In this document: positions 13,722 through 26,565 of the stretch, piece after piece
Numbering within the stretch: the first letter of the stretch is position 1
Layout: each line of letters begins with the position of its first letter
Assembly (NCBI GenBank): GCA_038087875.1
Contig: CM075989.1
Location: 23,810,001 to 23,874,000 of the forward strand
Origin: Malacoraja senta
Taxonomy: Eukaryota
Direction of reading: 5' to 3'
Length of the DNA: 64,000 nucleotides
Notes under the pieces: generated by a model
The model's input: the letters and a program-made list of their open reading frames with translations, nothing else
Told to the model about the DNA's origin: nothing
Database searches by the model: none
Position numbers and translations under genes: made by a program

Positions 13722-14365
13722 AAGGTCATAAGTGATAGGTGTAGAATTAGGCCATTCGGCCCATCAAGTCCACTCCGCCATTCAATCATGGCTGATCTAT
13801 CTTTCCCTCCTAACCACATTCTCCTGCCTTCTCCCCATAACCCCTGACACCTGTACTAATCAAAAATCTATCTATCTATGCCTTAAAAATATCCACGGAC
13901 TTGGCCTCCACAGCCTCCTGTGGCAAAGAATCACACAGATTCACCACCCTATGACTAAAGAAATTTCTCCTCATCTCCTTCCTAAAAGAACGTCCTTTAA
14001 TTCTGAGGCTAGACCTTTAGTCTGAGACTCTCCCACAAGTGGAAACATCCTCTCCACATCCACTCTATCCAAGCCTTTCACTATCCTGTGTATTTCAATG
14101 AGGTCCCCCCTCATTCTTCCAAACTCCAGTGAGTACAGGCCCAGAGCTGACAAACGCTCATTGTATGTTAACCTACTCATTCCTGGGATCATTCTTGTAA
14201 ACCTCCTCTGGACCCTCTCCAGAGCCAGCACATCCTTCCTCAGATACGGTGCCCAAAATTGCTCACAATACTCCGAATGCAGCCTGACCAGAGCCTTCTA
14301 GAGCCTCAGCATTACATCCCTGTTTTTATATACAAGCCCTGTTGGAATAAATGCTAGCATTGAGT
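13722..14365 (-). mobile_element. CR1-clade LINE 3' fragment (second subfamily)
   Basis: ORF 13971-14231 LALERVQRRFTRMIPGM...RMFPLVGES. Related pieces at ~6240-6523, 34150-34470, 46662-47025, 50130-50892. Confidence 0.85.
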
Positions 14366-14566
14366 TTGTTTTCTCCAGCGAACAGACTGCAGGGACAATC
14401 CTGTGGTTAGACTTCTGTTGCAAAGGTCAGAAGCTTATCAAGAGTGATGGAAACCAGCACCACACTGAAGTCAGTGGATTCACCTCCAGATTGAATCCAG
14501 CAAGGGGGAAACAAATGACATCTGCGGCAATGCACAGCGCCGATCAAAACCGAGACGCGGACTTAC

Positions 14567-14676
14567 CCTGGTCTGTGAGACCAGGCTTCTTTAGAAATGG
14601 CAGGAAGAAAATTGATGGCCTCTTATTGCACTTGCCAGCTGTGTCACATTTCACAGTAATTCAATAAAATCTCAGC
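14567..14676 (-). other. Candidate non-coding/UTR exon (110 nt)
   Basis: Acceptor ttttcttttctgtgcag and donor CAGG|gtaagt in unique sequence; stops in all three frames. Confidence 0.3.
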
Positions 14677-16421
14677 CTGCACAGAAAAGAAAATGCTGAG
14701 GTAGTTGCAAGGTCTTGGCACTTCTAAGAGCTGCTTCTTTCAGTGTATTTCCAAATGTAACTTTAATTCGCGGAGCTTTTAAAAAACAGAGGTCAAGAAT
14801 CTGATCCCACTGATGTACAATGACATGACTATACATACAAAGGATTACCCTGGCTGAAACACTGTAAAGTCAGTAGTGTCATTACATGATGATCTACAGC
14901 TGTAAGCAAGATCAAACGTCTAACATCATGTGGACTGCCAATCCCAATCAGTAGATGGCAAACAGAATTATGTGCAAAAGGATATAAACATGTCCAAAAT
15001 ATTTAAGAACTGTTAGAGTGTATTGTGAATGCTTTAACATTTTGGAGGCATTTTCAGTTATCTTACACTCACAACCAAGAAACAAAAAAAAACGTAATTC
15101 TGAGTGTAGTTATGTTTAAAAAGTATATAAAGACTAGATATCTTCTCTAAAGTGCTTTCTGGTAAATGACCTGTGTATTTCTGGAACTAATCCTCAAGCT
15201 AACACCATGAATCATACAGCTTTGTGCAAACCACAGATCTTGGTTCTTTTTTTTTGTGTTAGCCACAGTTGCTATCTTGCCAGCACAAAATATGAAGGAA
15301 TGATAAATCAAGAGGGCGACAGCAACCTTGTACGGACTGGTACCGTGCTCGGAGCTGCCACGGACACACCCACAGGTTCCTCCAGATGCCTGCCCTGCAT
15401 CCTGTGCAGTTAACTCTGTGTGACTGAGTTGATCAGAGCCACAATTGCTTATGAAGCAACTCCTGTGCTACGACAAGTACAACTGGCGGGGCTCCTCTAC
15501 AAAATGTCATTTCCAAGGAGAGTTAAACCCTGTCTGGAAACACTTTCCTTTGAACAGCTCAAACAGAATTAATCAGCGGTGATCAAAACCTTAAGAATAA
15601 AACTATTAGTTTTAATGCAGAATCCCCGGGCACTTGGGTTGTCTCATGCTTCACGCATCCTACATATTCCCCATAAAAAAGCATTTAGATACAGTCTCGA
15701 CATTACATTAACAACAGGCGCGTGTGTAAGAAGGAACTGCAGATGCTGGTTTACACCCGATAAACATAAAGTGCTGGAGTAACTCAGCGGGACAGGCAAC
15801 ATCTCTGGAGAGAAGGAATGTATGACGTTTCGGGTGGAGGCCCTTCCACAGGAGGGTGTCATGATGTGTCATTGATGTGTAGAGATTGACTTTCTGCAAA
15901 GGACCAATAATGCATCCAATTTTAAATCTCAAACAGCATTCATCGCTCATTTTAAGTGATGAACCAACATGATATCTAAAGCCCTTTTTAAAAAAAATTT
16001 GAATTCTTGGCTTTCAAAAAAAAATCTGCATTTGAGGGAAAAATAAAGTTTGGAATAATTATAGATAACCTGTTTCCTATAAATGTTCATGTATCAAACA
16101 TTTCTCAGGCCCACAGTAATTTTGGCAGAGAATCTCCCCTCTCCCATCGGGTAAGAGACACAGAAGTGTGAAAACGCACACCTCCAGATTCAGGGACAGT
16201 TTCTTCCCAGCTGAAAACTGAACCATCCTATCAACAACCAGAGAGTGGTACTGAGCTACCATCTACCTCATTGGAGACCCATGGACTATCTTTAATTGGA
16301 CTTTTCTGGACTTAATCTTGCACTAAATATCATTCCCTTTATCCTGTATCTGTACACTGTGGACAGCTTGATTGCAATCACTCAGCGGGTGAGGCAGCAT
16401 CTATGGAGAGAAGGAATTGAC

Positions 16422-16449
16422 AACGTTTCGGGTCGAGACCCTTCTTCAG
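16422..16449 (-). ncRNA. Minimal type-I hammerhead ribozyme core, GUU variant
   Basis: Reverse complement CTGAAGAAGGGTCTCGACCCGAAACGTT. Confidence 0.7.
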
Positions 16450-16619
16450 ACCCGAACCATTACCAATTCCTTCTCTCCATAGATGCTGCCTCACCTGCTG
16501 AGTTTCTACAGCATTTTTTGTCTACCTTCGATTTTTCCAGCATCTGCAGTTCTTTCTTAAACATTGATTATAATCACGTCTAGTGTTTCTGCTGGCTGGT
16601 TAGCAGGCAACATGTTATA

Positions 16620-17230
16620 TAGAGTCATTGAGTGATACAGTGTGGAAACAGGCCCTTCGGCCCAACTCGCCCACACCGGCCAATAATGTCCCAGCTACCC
16701 TAGTCCCACTTGCCTGCATTTGGTCCATAACCCTCCTAACCTGTCCTATCCATGTACGTGTCCAACTGTTTCTTAAATGATGGGATAGTCCCAGCCTCAA
16801 CTACCTCCTCTGGCAGCTTGTTCCACACACCCACCTCTGTGTGAAAAAGTTACCCCTCGGATTCCCATTAAATCTTTTCCCCTTCACCTTGAACCTATGT
16901 CCTCTGGTCCTCGATTCCCCTACTCTGGGTAAAAGACTACCCGATCGATTCCTCTCATGATTTTGTACACCTCTATAAGATCTCCCCTCATCCTCCTGCG
17001 CTCCAGTCTACTCAACCTCTGCCTATAGCTCACTCCCTCTAGTCCTGGCAACATCCTCGTAAATCTTTTCTGAACCCTTTCAAGCTTGACAATATCTTTC
17101 CTATATCATGGTGCCCAGAACTGAACACAATATTTTAAAGGCGGTCTCACCAACGTCTTATACAACTGCAACATGACTTCCCAACTGCTATGCTCAATAC
17201 TCTGACAGATGAAGGCCAAAGTGCCAATTG
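16620..17230 (-). mobile_element. CR1-clade LINE 3' fragment (third subfamily, tail shared with the HE1 SINE)
   Basis: Degenerate CR1 RT C-terminus and 3' end gggccgaagggcctgtttccacactgtatcact. Related pieces at ~1-260, 3860-4135, 4715-5075, 6890-7575, 18558-19390, 39850-40575, 40893-41630. Confidence 0.8.
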
Positions 17231-17349
17231 TTGCCAAGACTCATGGGTGTGAGCTATAAGGAGAGTTTGAGCAGGCTGGGACTCTATACCTTTGAGCGCA
17301 GGAGGATGAGCGGTGATCCTACATCCGCGTTCAAAATCTTGAGAAGAGT

Positions 17350-18557
17350 CGAACTTTCAGAAGGCTTTCGACAAGGTACCACATAAGAGATTAGTATACA
17401 AACTTAAAGCACACGGTATTGGGGGTTCAGTATTGATGTGGATAGAGAACTGGCTGGCAAACAGGAAGCAAAGAGTAGGAGTAAACGGGTCCTTTTCACA
17501 ATGGCAGGCAGTGACTAGTGGGGTACCGCAAGGCTCAGTGCTGGGACCCCAGCTATTTACTATTTATATTAATTTATATTAATGACCTGGATGAGGGAAT
17601 TGAAGGCAACATCTCCAAGTTTGCGGATGACACTAAGCTGGGGGGCAGTGTTAGCTGTGAGGAGGATGCTAGGAGACTGCAAGGTGACTTGGATAGGCTG
17701 GGTGAGTGGGCAAATGTTTGGCAGATGCAGTATAATGTGGATAAATGTGAGGTTATCCACTTTGGTGGCAAAAACAGGAAAGCAGACTATTATCTAAATG
17801 GTGGCCGATTAGGAAATGGGGAGATGCAGCGAGACCTGGGTGTCATGGTACACCAGTCATTGAAAGTAGGAATGCAGGTGCAGCAGGCAGTGAAGAAAGC
17901 GAATGGTATGTTGGCTTTCATAGCAAAAGGATTTGAGTATAGGAGCAGGGAGGTTCTACTGCAGTTGTACAGGGTCTTGGTGAGACCACACCTGGAGTAT
18001 TGCGTACAGTTTTGGTCTCCAAATCTGAGGAAGGACATTATAGCCATAGAGGGAGTGCAGAGAAGGTTCACCAGACTGATTCCTGGGATGTCAGGACTTT
18101 CATATGAAGAAAGACTGGATAGACTTGGCTTATACTCGCTAGAATTTAGGAGATTGAGAGGGGATCTTATAGAAACGTACAAAATTCTTATGGGGTTGGA
18201 CAGGCTAGATGCAGGAAGATTGTTCCCGATGTTGGGGAAGTCCAGGACAAGGGGTCACAGCTTAAGGATAAGGGAGAAATCCTTTAATACCGAGATGAGG
18301 AAAAACTTTTTCACACAGAGAGTGGTGAATCTCTGGAACTCTCTGCCACAGAGGGTAGTTGAGGCCAGTTATTGGCTATATTTAAGAGGGAGTTAGATGT
18401 GGCCCTTGTGGCTAAGGGGATCAGGGGGTATGGAGAGAAGGCAGGTACGGGATACTGAGTTGGATGATCAGCCATGATCATATTGAATGGCGGTGCAGGC
18501 TCGAAGGGCCGAATGGCCTACTCCTGCACCTATTTTCTATGTATCTATGTATCTATG
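17350..18557 (+). mobile_element. CR1-clade (HER1-like) LINE, 5'-truncated reverse transcriptase + 3'UTR
   Basis: [11 protein letters not shown]...[10 protein letters not shown], then frameshift (short tatttatatta duplication), INDLDEG...KFADDTKLGG...RPHLEYCVQFWSP...NLWNSLP; tail (tatctatg)n. Confidence 0.95.
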
Positions 18558-18712
18558 ATCAATCTCTTGCCCAGAGTAGGGGAATCGAGGACCAGAGGAC
18601 ATAGGGTTAAGGTGAGGGTGGAAATGGGAACTCTTTTTTACACAAAGCGTCGTGGCTGTATGGAACGAGCTGCCGGAGGAGGTTGTTGTGGCAGGTACTG
18701 CCTCAACATTTA

Positions 18713-19253
18713 AGGGCCTGTCCCACTTGGGCGACCTAATCCACGAGTTCTGGCGAGTTTGCCCTCGACTCATACTCGCAGCATGGTCGACACAAGGTCG
18801 TAGGAGGTCTTTGTAACTCTCCTTCATGCTCGAGAGTGGTCTCCGCATACTCGAGGCCTCAGCTAGGTCGCGGCGATTTTTTCAACATGCCGAAAAATGC
18901 CCGTGAATAAAAAAAGGTCGCCATGGAAAAAATCGATACTTTTTTTACTCGTAACTTTAGTTGAAGTAGGTCGTAGTAGGTCGGCATGTTAGTCGTAGGT
19001 AAACAAAGGTAGTCGAAGGTAGTCGTAGATAGTCTTCATCATAGTCAAAGGGAGGTCGAAGAGAGATCGAAGGGAGGTTGAAGGAGATCGAAGGAGGTCG
19101 TCTTCACTCTCTACTATTCGGTGTCCAATTTCCCGAAGTTAGTCGTAGCTAGTCCAAGCTGGTCTTCAACATAGTCGAAGGAGGTCTTCAACATGTCATT
19201 TTTTCAAACTCTTCTAAACTCGCCAATTAGGTCGCCCAAGTGGGACAGCCCCT
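18713..19253. mobile_element. PIF/Harbinger-like MITE
   Basis: 28-bp TIRs AGGGCCTGTCCCACTTGGGCGACCTAAT (18713-40) / 19226-53, one mismatch; TTA TSD (18710-12, 19254-56); removing it restores the host CR1 sequence aacatttaagatacatt. Confidence 0.85.
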
Positions 19254-20280
19254 TTAAGATACATTTAGACAGGTGCAGGATAGGATATGTTTAGAGGGAT
19301 ATGGGCCAAACGCAGGCAAGAGGGAATAGTGTAGATGGGACATGATGTGTGGGCAAGTTGGGCCGAAGTGCCTGTTTGCACGAAGTATGATGAACTAGCA
19401 TTATCAACAATTCAACCTTCCCACGCTTACTCGCAGCAGTGTTTAAAGAAAAACAGCTTCCCTGTTTGCTCACTCTAATGACACGGTCAGATAGTTGCAA
19501 CATTATTAATTTATACCAATAGACAAGTTCACATTTATTGCCCCTGTCCCTCTGCCAATAGTTCCACCCTAACCCTTCATCAGTAATGGAAAGAAGCAAC
19601 TGCTTATGTCATGCCGAACATGTAGCATCTGGCATTCACTGCCTGGGAACACAACACCAGCATCTTCAACAGACTGGGCAGTGACAGTGTTGATTTTCGT
19701 TTCTCACATTCATGAGTTTGTTCTTTTGCTGCCTGTCCCGCTGAGTTACTCCAGCCTATCTTTGGTTTAAACCAGTTCCTTCATTCACATTTCGTCTGCT
19801 CCACTGCGATTATTAAGAAAGCACATCACTGCATTTCGTTGTCTCTGTACTGTACACTGCACAATGACAATAAAGTTGAATCGGAATCGGATTCTACATT
19901 CTCCTGGATCTCCATTCCCTTTGCCCTGTTTTCACACCTTCACACTACCTTATCTATCCATCTCCCTCCCCCATGACGTCAGTCTGAAGAAGGGTCTCGA
20001 CCCAAAACGTTGCCCATTCCTTCTCTCCAGAGATGCTGCCTGTCCCGCTGAGTTACTCCCGCATTTTGTGTCAATCTTTTGATCTTTTGATCCTCTGTTG
20101 GTAATTGAAATAGATGGTTCGGACAAATTGATTTGACTGTTCGTTCCTGTTCTTGTTTTGCTTTTATCAATTGACACATCGTTTTGAAAATAAAGCAGGG
20201 ATTAAAGTACCGGCCACCTTCTAATCTTGTGGCGAAGATTAATCCCGGAATAGGCAGGAAATTGTTAAACATAGCAAATG

Positions 20281-21028
20281 AACCAAGGAACTGATTGTGG
20301 ACTTTGGAAGGAGTAGGATGGGGACCCACAGTCCCGTTTATATCAACGGGTCGATGGTTGAAAGGGTCAAGAGCTTCAAATTCCTGGGCGTGCACATCTC
20401 TGAAGATCTTTCCAGGTCCGAGAACACTGATGCCATTATTAAGAAAGCACATCAGCGCCTCTACTTCCTGAGAAGATTACGGAGAGTCGGTTTGTGAAGG
20501 AGGACTCTCTCTAACTTCTACAGGTGCACAGTAGAGAGCATGCTGACCGGTTGCATCGTGGCTTGGTTCGGCAACTTGAGTGCCCTGGAGAGGAACAGAC
20601 TACAAAAAGTAGTAAACACTGCCCAGTCCATCATCGGCTCTGACCTCCCTTCCATCGAGGGGATCTATCACAGTCGCTGCCTCAAAAACGCTGGCAGTAT
20701 CATCAAGGACCCACACCATCCTGGCCACACACTCATCTCCCTGCTACCTTCAGGTAGAAGGTACAGGAGCCTGAAGACTGCAACGACCAGGTTCAGGAAC
20801 AGCTACTTCCCCACAGCCATCAGGCTATTAAACATGTCTCGGACATAACACTGAACTTTATTAGCCAATACTGTTATTTGCACTTTATCAGTATATTGAT
20901 TCATGTGTGTATATATTATAGAATGCCTTGTAGTCAATGCCTACTATGTTCTGTTGTGCTGAAGCAAAGCAAGAATTTCATTGTCCTACCAGGGACACAT
21001 GACAATAAACTCACTTGACTTGACTTGA
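20281..21028 (+). mobile_element. Rex1/Babar LINE 3' fragment
   Basis: KELIVDF...VERVKSFKFLGVHISEDL...KAHQRLYFLRRL (stop at 20495-97) ...HPGHTLISLLPSGRRYRS...RFRNSYFPTAIRLLN; (cttga)n tail after aataaa. Confidence 0.9.
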
Positions 21029-21230
21029 AGAAGAGTCATGTTGTCCTAAGTTAAAAATGAGAAGGAGGAGGCAAGACACAGCCAGGCATGTGGCTGAGAA
21101 GCTGCAGATTAAAGAGGAATTTTTTACACAGAAAGAACACAGGAGATTGCACAGTTTACTGTTCAAAAAGACAATGATCATTGCGATATTGGTATGGGGC
21201 CCAGAGCCGCACAGTATGGGCTGAGGACTC

Positions 21231-21740
<510 letters not shown>

Positions 21741-22602
21741 CGTCAAATAATTGTATAATATTCGCTATATACAATATCAGCATGCAACATGATGTGGTAC
21801 TGATTGTCACATGTACAGAGGTACAGTGAAATTCATTTGTGTATGCAGTTCGGTACAAGTATCACTGTACATAAGCACTTAGATACATCTTAGATAAGCA
21901 TAAATATGAATCAAAGGCAGGAAATGGTTATAAAAGTGCAGTCAACCATGGTTTTAATTGCATTGCTGAGGTCTCAAGGGGCTGAATGACCAATTTCTGT
22001 TCTTGTTAATCCTAACAGTTTTGCAATAAATGAGATTTTTCATGATAAACATTGGGAATTTATGTTAGTGCCAGTACTGAGAAAGGCAGCTGTGTCTGCG
22101 ACAATTTCATGAGCTGCCCTTGATCACCGCAGCCTTGAGCCAGTCACTGAGCCAGCAGCAGGCGAACACATTCAGCTGCTGTTCAATGAAGACCAAAAGC
22201 GCTGAAAATCTGTTTGCACAAAATCGATGTTAAGAAATCCGAACCAAGCATTGAGAGAGATGATCCTCGCCCTTCCATCCAAGTAATGGACTCACGATTG
22301 TTGGTTTTAGAAAGTTAGTCACACAGTCAAACAGTACAGTTCAGTTCAGTTTATTGTCACGTGTATCAAGGTTCAGTGAAACGTTTTTGCACAAAAACAA
22401 GTCCTTCAATGCCGACAAAGATGCTCAAAGCTTTGTCCCAACTGCCCGCATTTGACCTCATCCCTCTCCAAAACATGCCTGTGTCCAGGTACCTGGGGAA
22501 ATATCTTTTAAATGTTATTGTACCTGCCTCACGCACTCTCTCTGGTAACTTACTCAACATACGTACCACCCTCAACGTGGCAATGTTTCCCCTCTGATTC
22601 TT

Positions 22603-22919
22603 AGTTTAGTTTAGTTTAGAGATACAGCGCGGAAACAGGCCCTTCGGCCCAGCAGGTCCGTGCCGTCCAGCGATCCCCGCACATTAACACCATCCAACCC
22701 ACTAGGGACAATTTTTTACATTTACCAAGCCAGTTAACCTACAAACCTGTACGTCTTTGGAATGTGGGAGGTAACCGAAGATCTCAGAGAAAACCACGCA
22801 GGTCACGGGAGAACGTACAAACTCTGTACAGACAGCACCCGTAGTCGGGATCGAACCCGGGTCTCCGGCGTTGCATTCGCTGTAAGGGAGCAACTCTACC
22901 GCTGCGCCACCGTGACCTC
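22603..22919 (-). mobile_element. HE1-like V-SINE (variant with short insertion in tRNA head)
   Basis: Reverse complement ggtcacggtggcgcagcggtagag...cagcgaatgcaacgccggagacccgggttcgatccc; (ctaaa)n tail. Confidence 0.85.
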
Positions 22920-23602
22920 CAGAAGTGATCTTTAAAGAAGTGTATAAATTCATGAGGGGCGTAGATAGGATGAATGCACATTGTCTTTTCACCAGGGTTG
23001 GCAAATCAAGAACTAGAGGGCACAAATTTAAGGTGAACTTATTTGAGGTTTATGGTCCTCTAGTGTATTGGTGACCGATGGTCAGTGTGGACTCGTGTTA
23101 AAGAAGGAACTGCAGATGTTGGAAAATCGAAGGTACATAAAAATGCTGGAGAAACTCAGCGGGTGCAGCAGCATCTATGGAGCGAAGGAAATAGGCAACG
23201 TTTCGGGACGAAACGTTGCCAATTTCCTTCGCTCCATAGATGCTGCTGCACCCGCTGAGTTTCTCCAGCATTTTTGTGTACCGTCAGTGTGGACTCAGTG
23301 GGTCATAAGGCCTGTTTCCACACTGTGTCTCTAATAAAAAAAAACTACCTGCGTTTGGACTGGGGAACTGGAGCAGCTGGAGGAAGTCCACTTGGTCATA
23401 GGGAGAACATGCAAAAGGCAGACGGACATCAGGCAATGACAGATTAAGCACAAGTCTCTAGGCAGTGGCTCTATCAGCTGTACTTCCGTGACACCCATTG
23501 CTCCAAATCGAGTCAATAGAAATCAATGAAAGAACACTACTAAATAGTAACACCAACTACAGCAATGTTCTGTTACACTAAATTGTGCTTTTATTAAACC
23601 AG

Positions 23603-25154
23603 TGTGGTGGCACCCGGTGGTTGGGCCACTTGCTATGCGAACCCTTGGCAGTCGGGGGTAAGATCAAGTGACTGGGCAATGGCGGGGAGGAGTTGTCACG
23701 GGGTATAGTGGCGGTGCGGCACTGGCTGCAGCGGCTCATCGGCATTCCTGTTTGTTTGTGTTTTTTGTGCTGTTTATTTCGTTTTGGTTAGTCTAGTTTT
23801 TGGTTTTTAGTTTGTGTTTTGGGGGGGTGGGGGGTTGTAACGGGGTTTGCAGTCTCTCCCTGCGGGGGAACGCGACTTTTTGTCGTATTCCCCTTCTCTG
23901 CCTCCGTCTGCGCTGAGGCCTAATGGAGATGGCGACCTCGAGGCTCCGGAGGCAGAGCCCGTCAGGACTCGCCCTAAGCTCGCCGAGGTGTTTCGCCGAA
24001 CACCTCCGGTCGGTCCGCAATAACCAACCTGAACTCCCGGTGGCTCAGCACTTCACCTCCCCCTCCCATTCTGTATCTGACCTCTCTGTCCTGGGTCTCC
24101 TCCATGGCCACAGCGAGCAACACCGTAAATTGGAGGAAATGCACCTCATATTCCGCTTGGGCAGTCTACATCCTGGGGGCTTGAACATTGAATTCTCCCA
24201 ATTCTGCTAGCCCTTGCTGTCCCCTCCCCTTCATCAGCCATCTGGTTGTCTCCTCCCCTCCCCCAGCCCTCGGGCTCCTCCTCCGCCTTTTCCTTTTTTC
24301 CTTTCTTCTCCCCACCTCCTATCAGTCTGAAGAAGGGTTTCGGCCCGAAACGTTGCCTATTTCCTTTGCTCCATAGATGCTGCTGCACCCGCTGAGTTTC
24401 TCCAACATTTTTGTGTACCCTCGCCCTAAGCTCGCTCCCGTGAGGGTGGTCCGGCTCAGGGCTGGAACAGTGCTCCCGTGAGCGCCCAAGTCGGGGCGGC
24501 CCAGCCCGAGGGAGGTTCGGCGCCCATGTCGGGGCGGCCCAGCCCGAGGCTGAAGACGGCACGGTACTCACGTGAGGGTGGCTGGGACGGTGTTCTGGCG
24601 GTGGTGGCCTGAGTCCGGGGTTCGGCCGTGGGCCAGCGGCTGCGTCTGCAGGACTGGTGGGCGGCAGCTTCGACCACCCCGGGCCGCGGTGTTTGAGCCG
24701 CGGGAAACATCGCCCGGGGGGTATCGCCTCAGCGCAGAGGGAGAAGAGGAGGGAAGAGACTGCAGACCTAAGACTTTTGCCTCCATCACAGTGAGGAGAT
24801 GTTGGGTGGACTCACTGTGGTGGATGTTAATATGTGTTTATTGTTGTTTTATGTATGACTTGTTGCAATTTCGTTCAGACTTCGGTCTGAATGACAATAA
24901 AGGGCTATCTAAGGGCTATAGGGGTGTGCCCTAGTATATAATGAACTCCGGGACAACCTTCCCTCTCTCTCTTCCTCTTCTCTCTTTGGGTGAGTGTTCT
25001 GCCACCTCAGCAAGCGCTCAGCTGGAGCCCACGAGGCCACAGCCTTGCAGCAGCAAGAATGACTTTTGTGTTAGAGGACTAAACGTGCATGTATATCTAA
25101 CCTATAATGCCTGAATAAAGAAACCGTTTCTTCACGACGTTTGGTGCCTCTACA
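23603..25154 (+). mobile_element. Probable solo LTR (~340 bp) split by nested insertions at ~23708-24920
   Basis: Termini TGTGGTGGCACC ... GGTGCCTCTACA (TG..CA, 10/12 inverted match); TATATAA at 24935-41; AATAAA at 25114-19; no clean TSD. Confidence 0.55.
23984..24419 (+). mobile_element. Penelope-like 3' fragment with 16-bp flanking duplication
   Basis: RCFAEHLRSVRNNQPELPVAQHF...LEEMHLIFRLGSLHPGGLNIEF; duplication ctcgccctaagctcgc at 23968-83 and 24420-35. Confidence 0.85.
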
Positions 25155-25552
25155 ATAGTTTCATCCGAGATCATTGCGAGTGAATTCTAAATGAAGTACA
25201 ATTATTGTCCAACCAACTAAAACTGCTGTGTGGAAGGGTGCAGATACTGCCTGACCTGCTGACTGCTTCATTCAGATGTTTATAGCATTTGCTGTATTTT
25301 GCATTATTTTTTCATTTGCTCTGCTTTTGTTGATCAGCAATTCCTGGGCAGTGTCTTGTATTTTAGGGAAATAGTCTCCACAGCATCCTCCCGGGATCGA
25401 GGGCGGCTCGCTCAGCTTGTGACTCAGAGGAATTCAAGGAACAATGAGGCTAAGGAGGTCCTAATCTTCAAGTACTCTTCCCAGCAGTTGGCCAATGCCA
25501 GGTTGTTAAAGCAGCGGTTTGTTTAACAGATATTAATTTTCATGGACTTGTC

Positions 25553-25688
25553 TTCTTCTTGCGTGTGGCATGCACAGCCTAACGTTGCAGGTCAACTTGT
25601 TCTATTGGATCTATTTGTTTGTGCACATCGGGTTGAGTGCATTAGTCGAAACAGGGGGGACCACATGAAGGTTGCAATCTCCTACCCC
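25553..25688 (-). mobile_element. Short non-autonomous retroposon (ribozyme-headed, (GAA)n tail), copy 2, ribozyme decayed
   Basis: Reverse complement reads GGGGTAGGAGATTGCAACCTTCATGTGGTCCCCCCTGTTTCGACTAATGCACT...GCCACACGCAAGAAGAA; 11-bp TSD atggacttgtc (25542-52) / atggagttgtc (25689-99), one mismatch. Confidence 0.85.
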
Positions 25689-26565
25689 ATGGAGTTGTCA
25701 TGTTATAAGACTATTAATTCTATGGCACAAACGTACGGAGTTTGTACGTTCTCCCCATGACCTGCGTGGGTTTTCTCCAGGATCTCCGGTTTCCTCCCAC
25801 ACTCCAAAGGCGTGCAGGTTTGTAGGCTAATTGGCTTGGTATAATTGTAAATTGTCCCTAGTGTGTGTAGGATAGTGTTAGTGTGCGGGGATTGCTGGTC
25901 AGCACGGACTCGGTGGGCCGAAGGGCCTGTTTCTGCGCTGTATCTCTAAACTAAACTGCAATCTTCCTCTTCTCTTGTTTTAAACTCGGATAAAAAAGAT
26001 GATGCAGCAATGTGAAATATTTAAGCCATTATAATAGAATATGGAATTTACACATGAGCCGTGTGGGTCAGCACAGTGACAACAACAACTGGGATGGCAC
26101 GGTGGCGCAGCGGTAGAGTTGCTGCCTCACAGCGCCAGAGTCACGGGTTCGATCCTGACTACGGGTGCTGTCTGTATGGAGTTTGTATGTTCTCCCCGTG
26201 ACCTGCTTGGGTTTTCTCCGGGTGCTCCGGTTTTCTCCCACACTCTAAAGATGTACAGGTTTGTAGGTTGATTGGCTTCTGTAAATTGCCCCATGTATGT
26301 TGGAAGCATAAGTGTAGATAACATGTGTAGGAGGCTAACGAGGATGCAGGCAGGGTCGACCAGTATGCGGTTAGCGATGTCTGGCCTAATGCATATGGCG
26401 AGCAGTGTTCACCTCCACCTTCCCCCAGCGTGCTGCATGCAGGATGCCACAAACACTTCATGGTAAGGGCTGGGAGTGACTCTACTCTCCCCACCCCCAC
26501 TGAGTGCGTCGGCAATGCACCATCTCCATTCAAAGTCCAGTCTGATGAAGGGTTTTGACCCGAAA

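Noticed and set aside
17518..18396. Longest ORF (292 aa) as a host gene
   Set aside because: It is a frameshifted, 5'-truncated CR1 reverse transcriptase remnant.
26095..26170. tRNA-like A/B boxes as tRNA genes
   Set aside because: They run directly into the V-SINE body; these are SINE heads, not tRNA genes.
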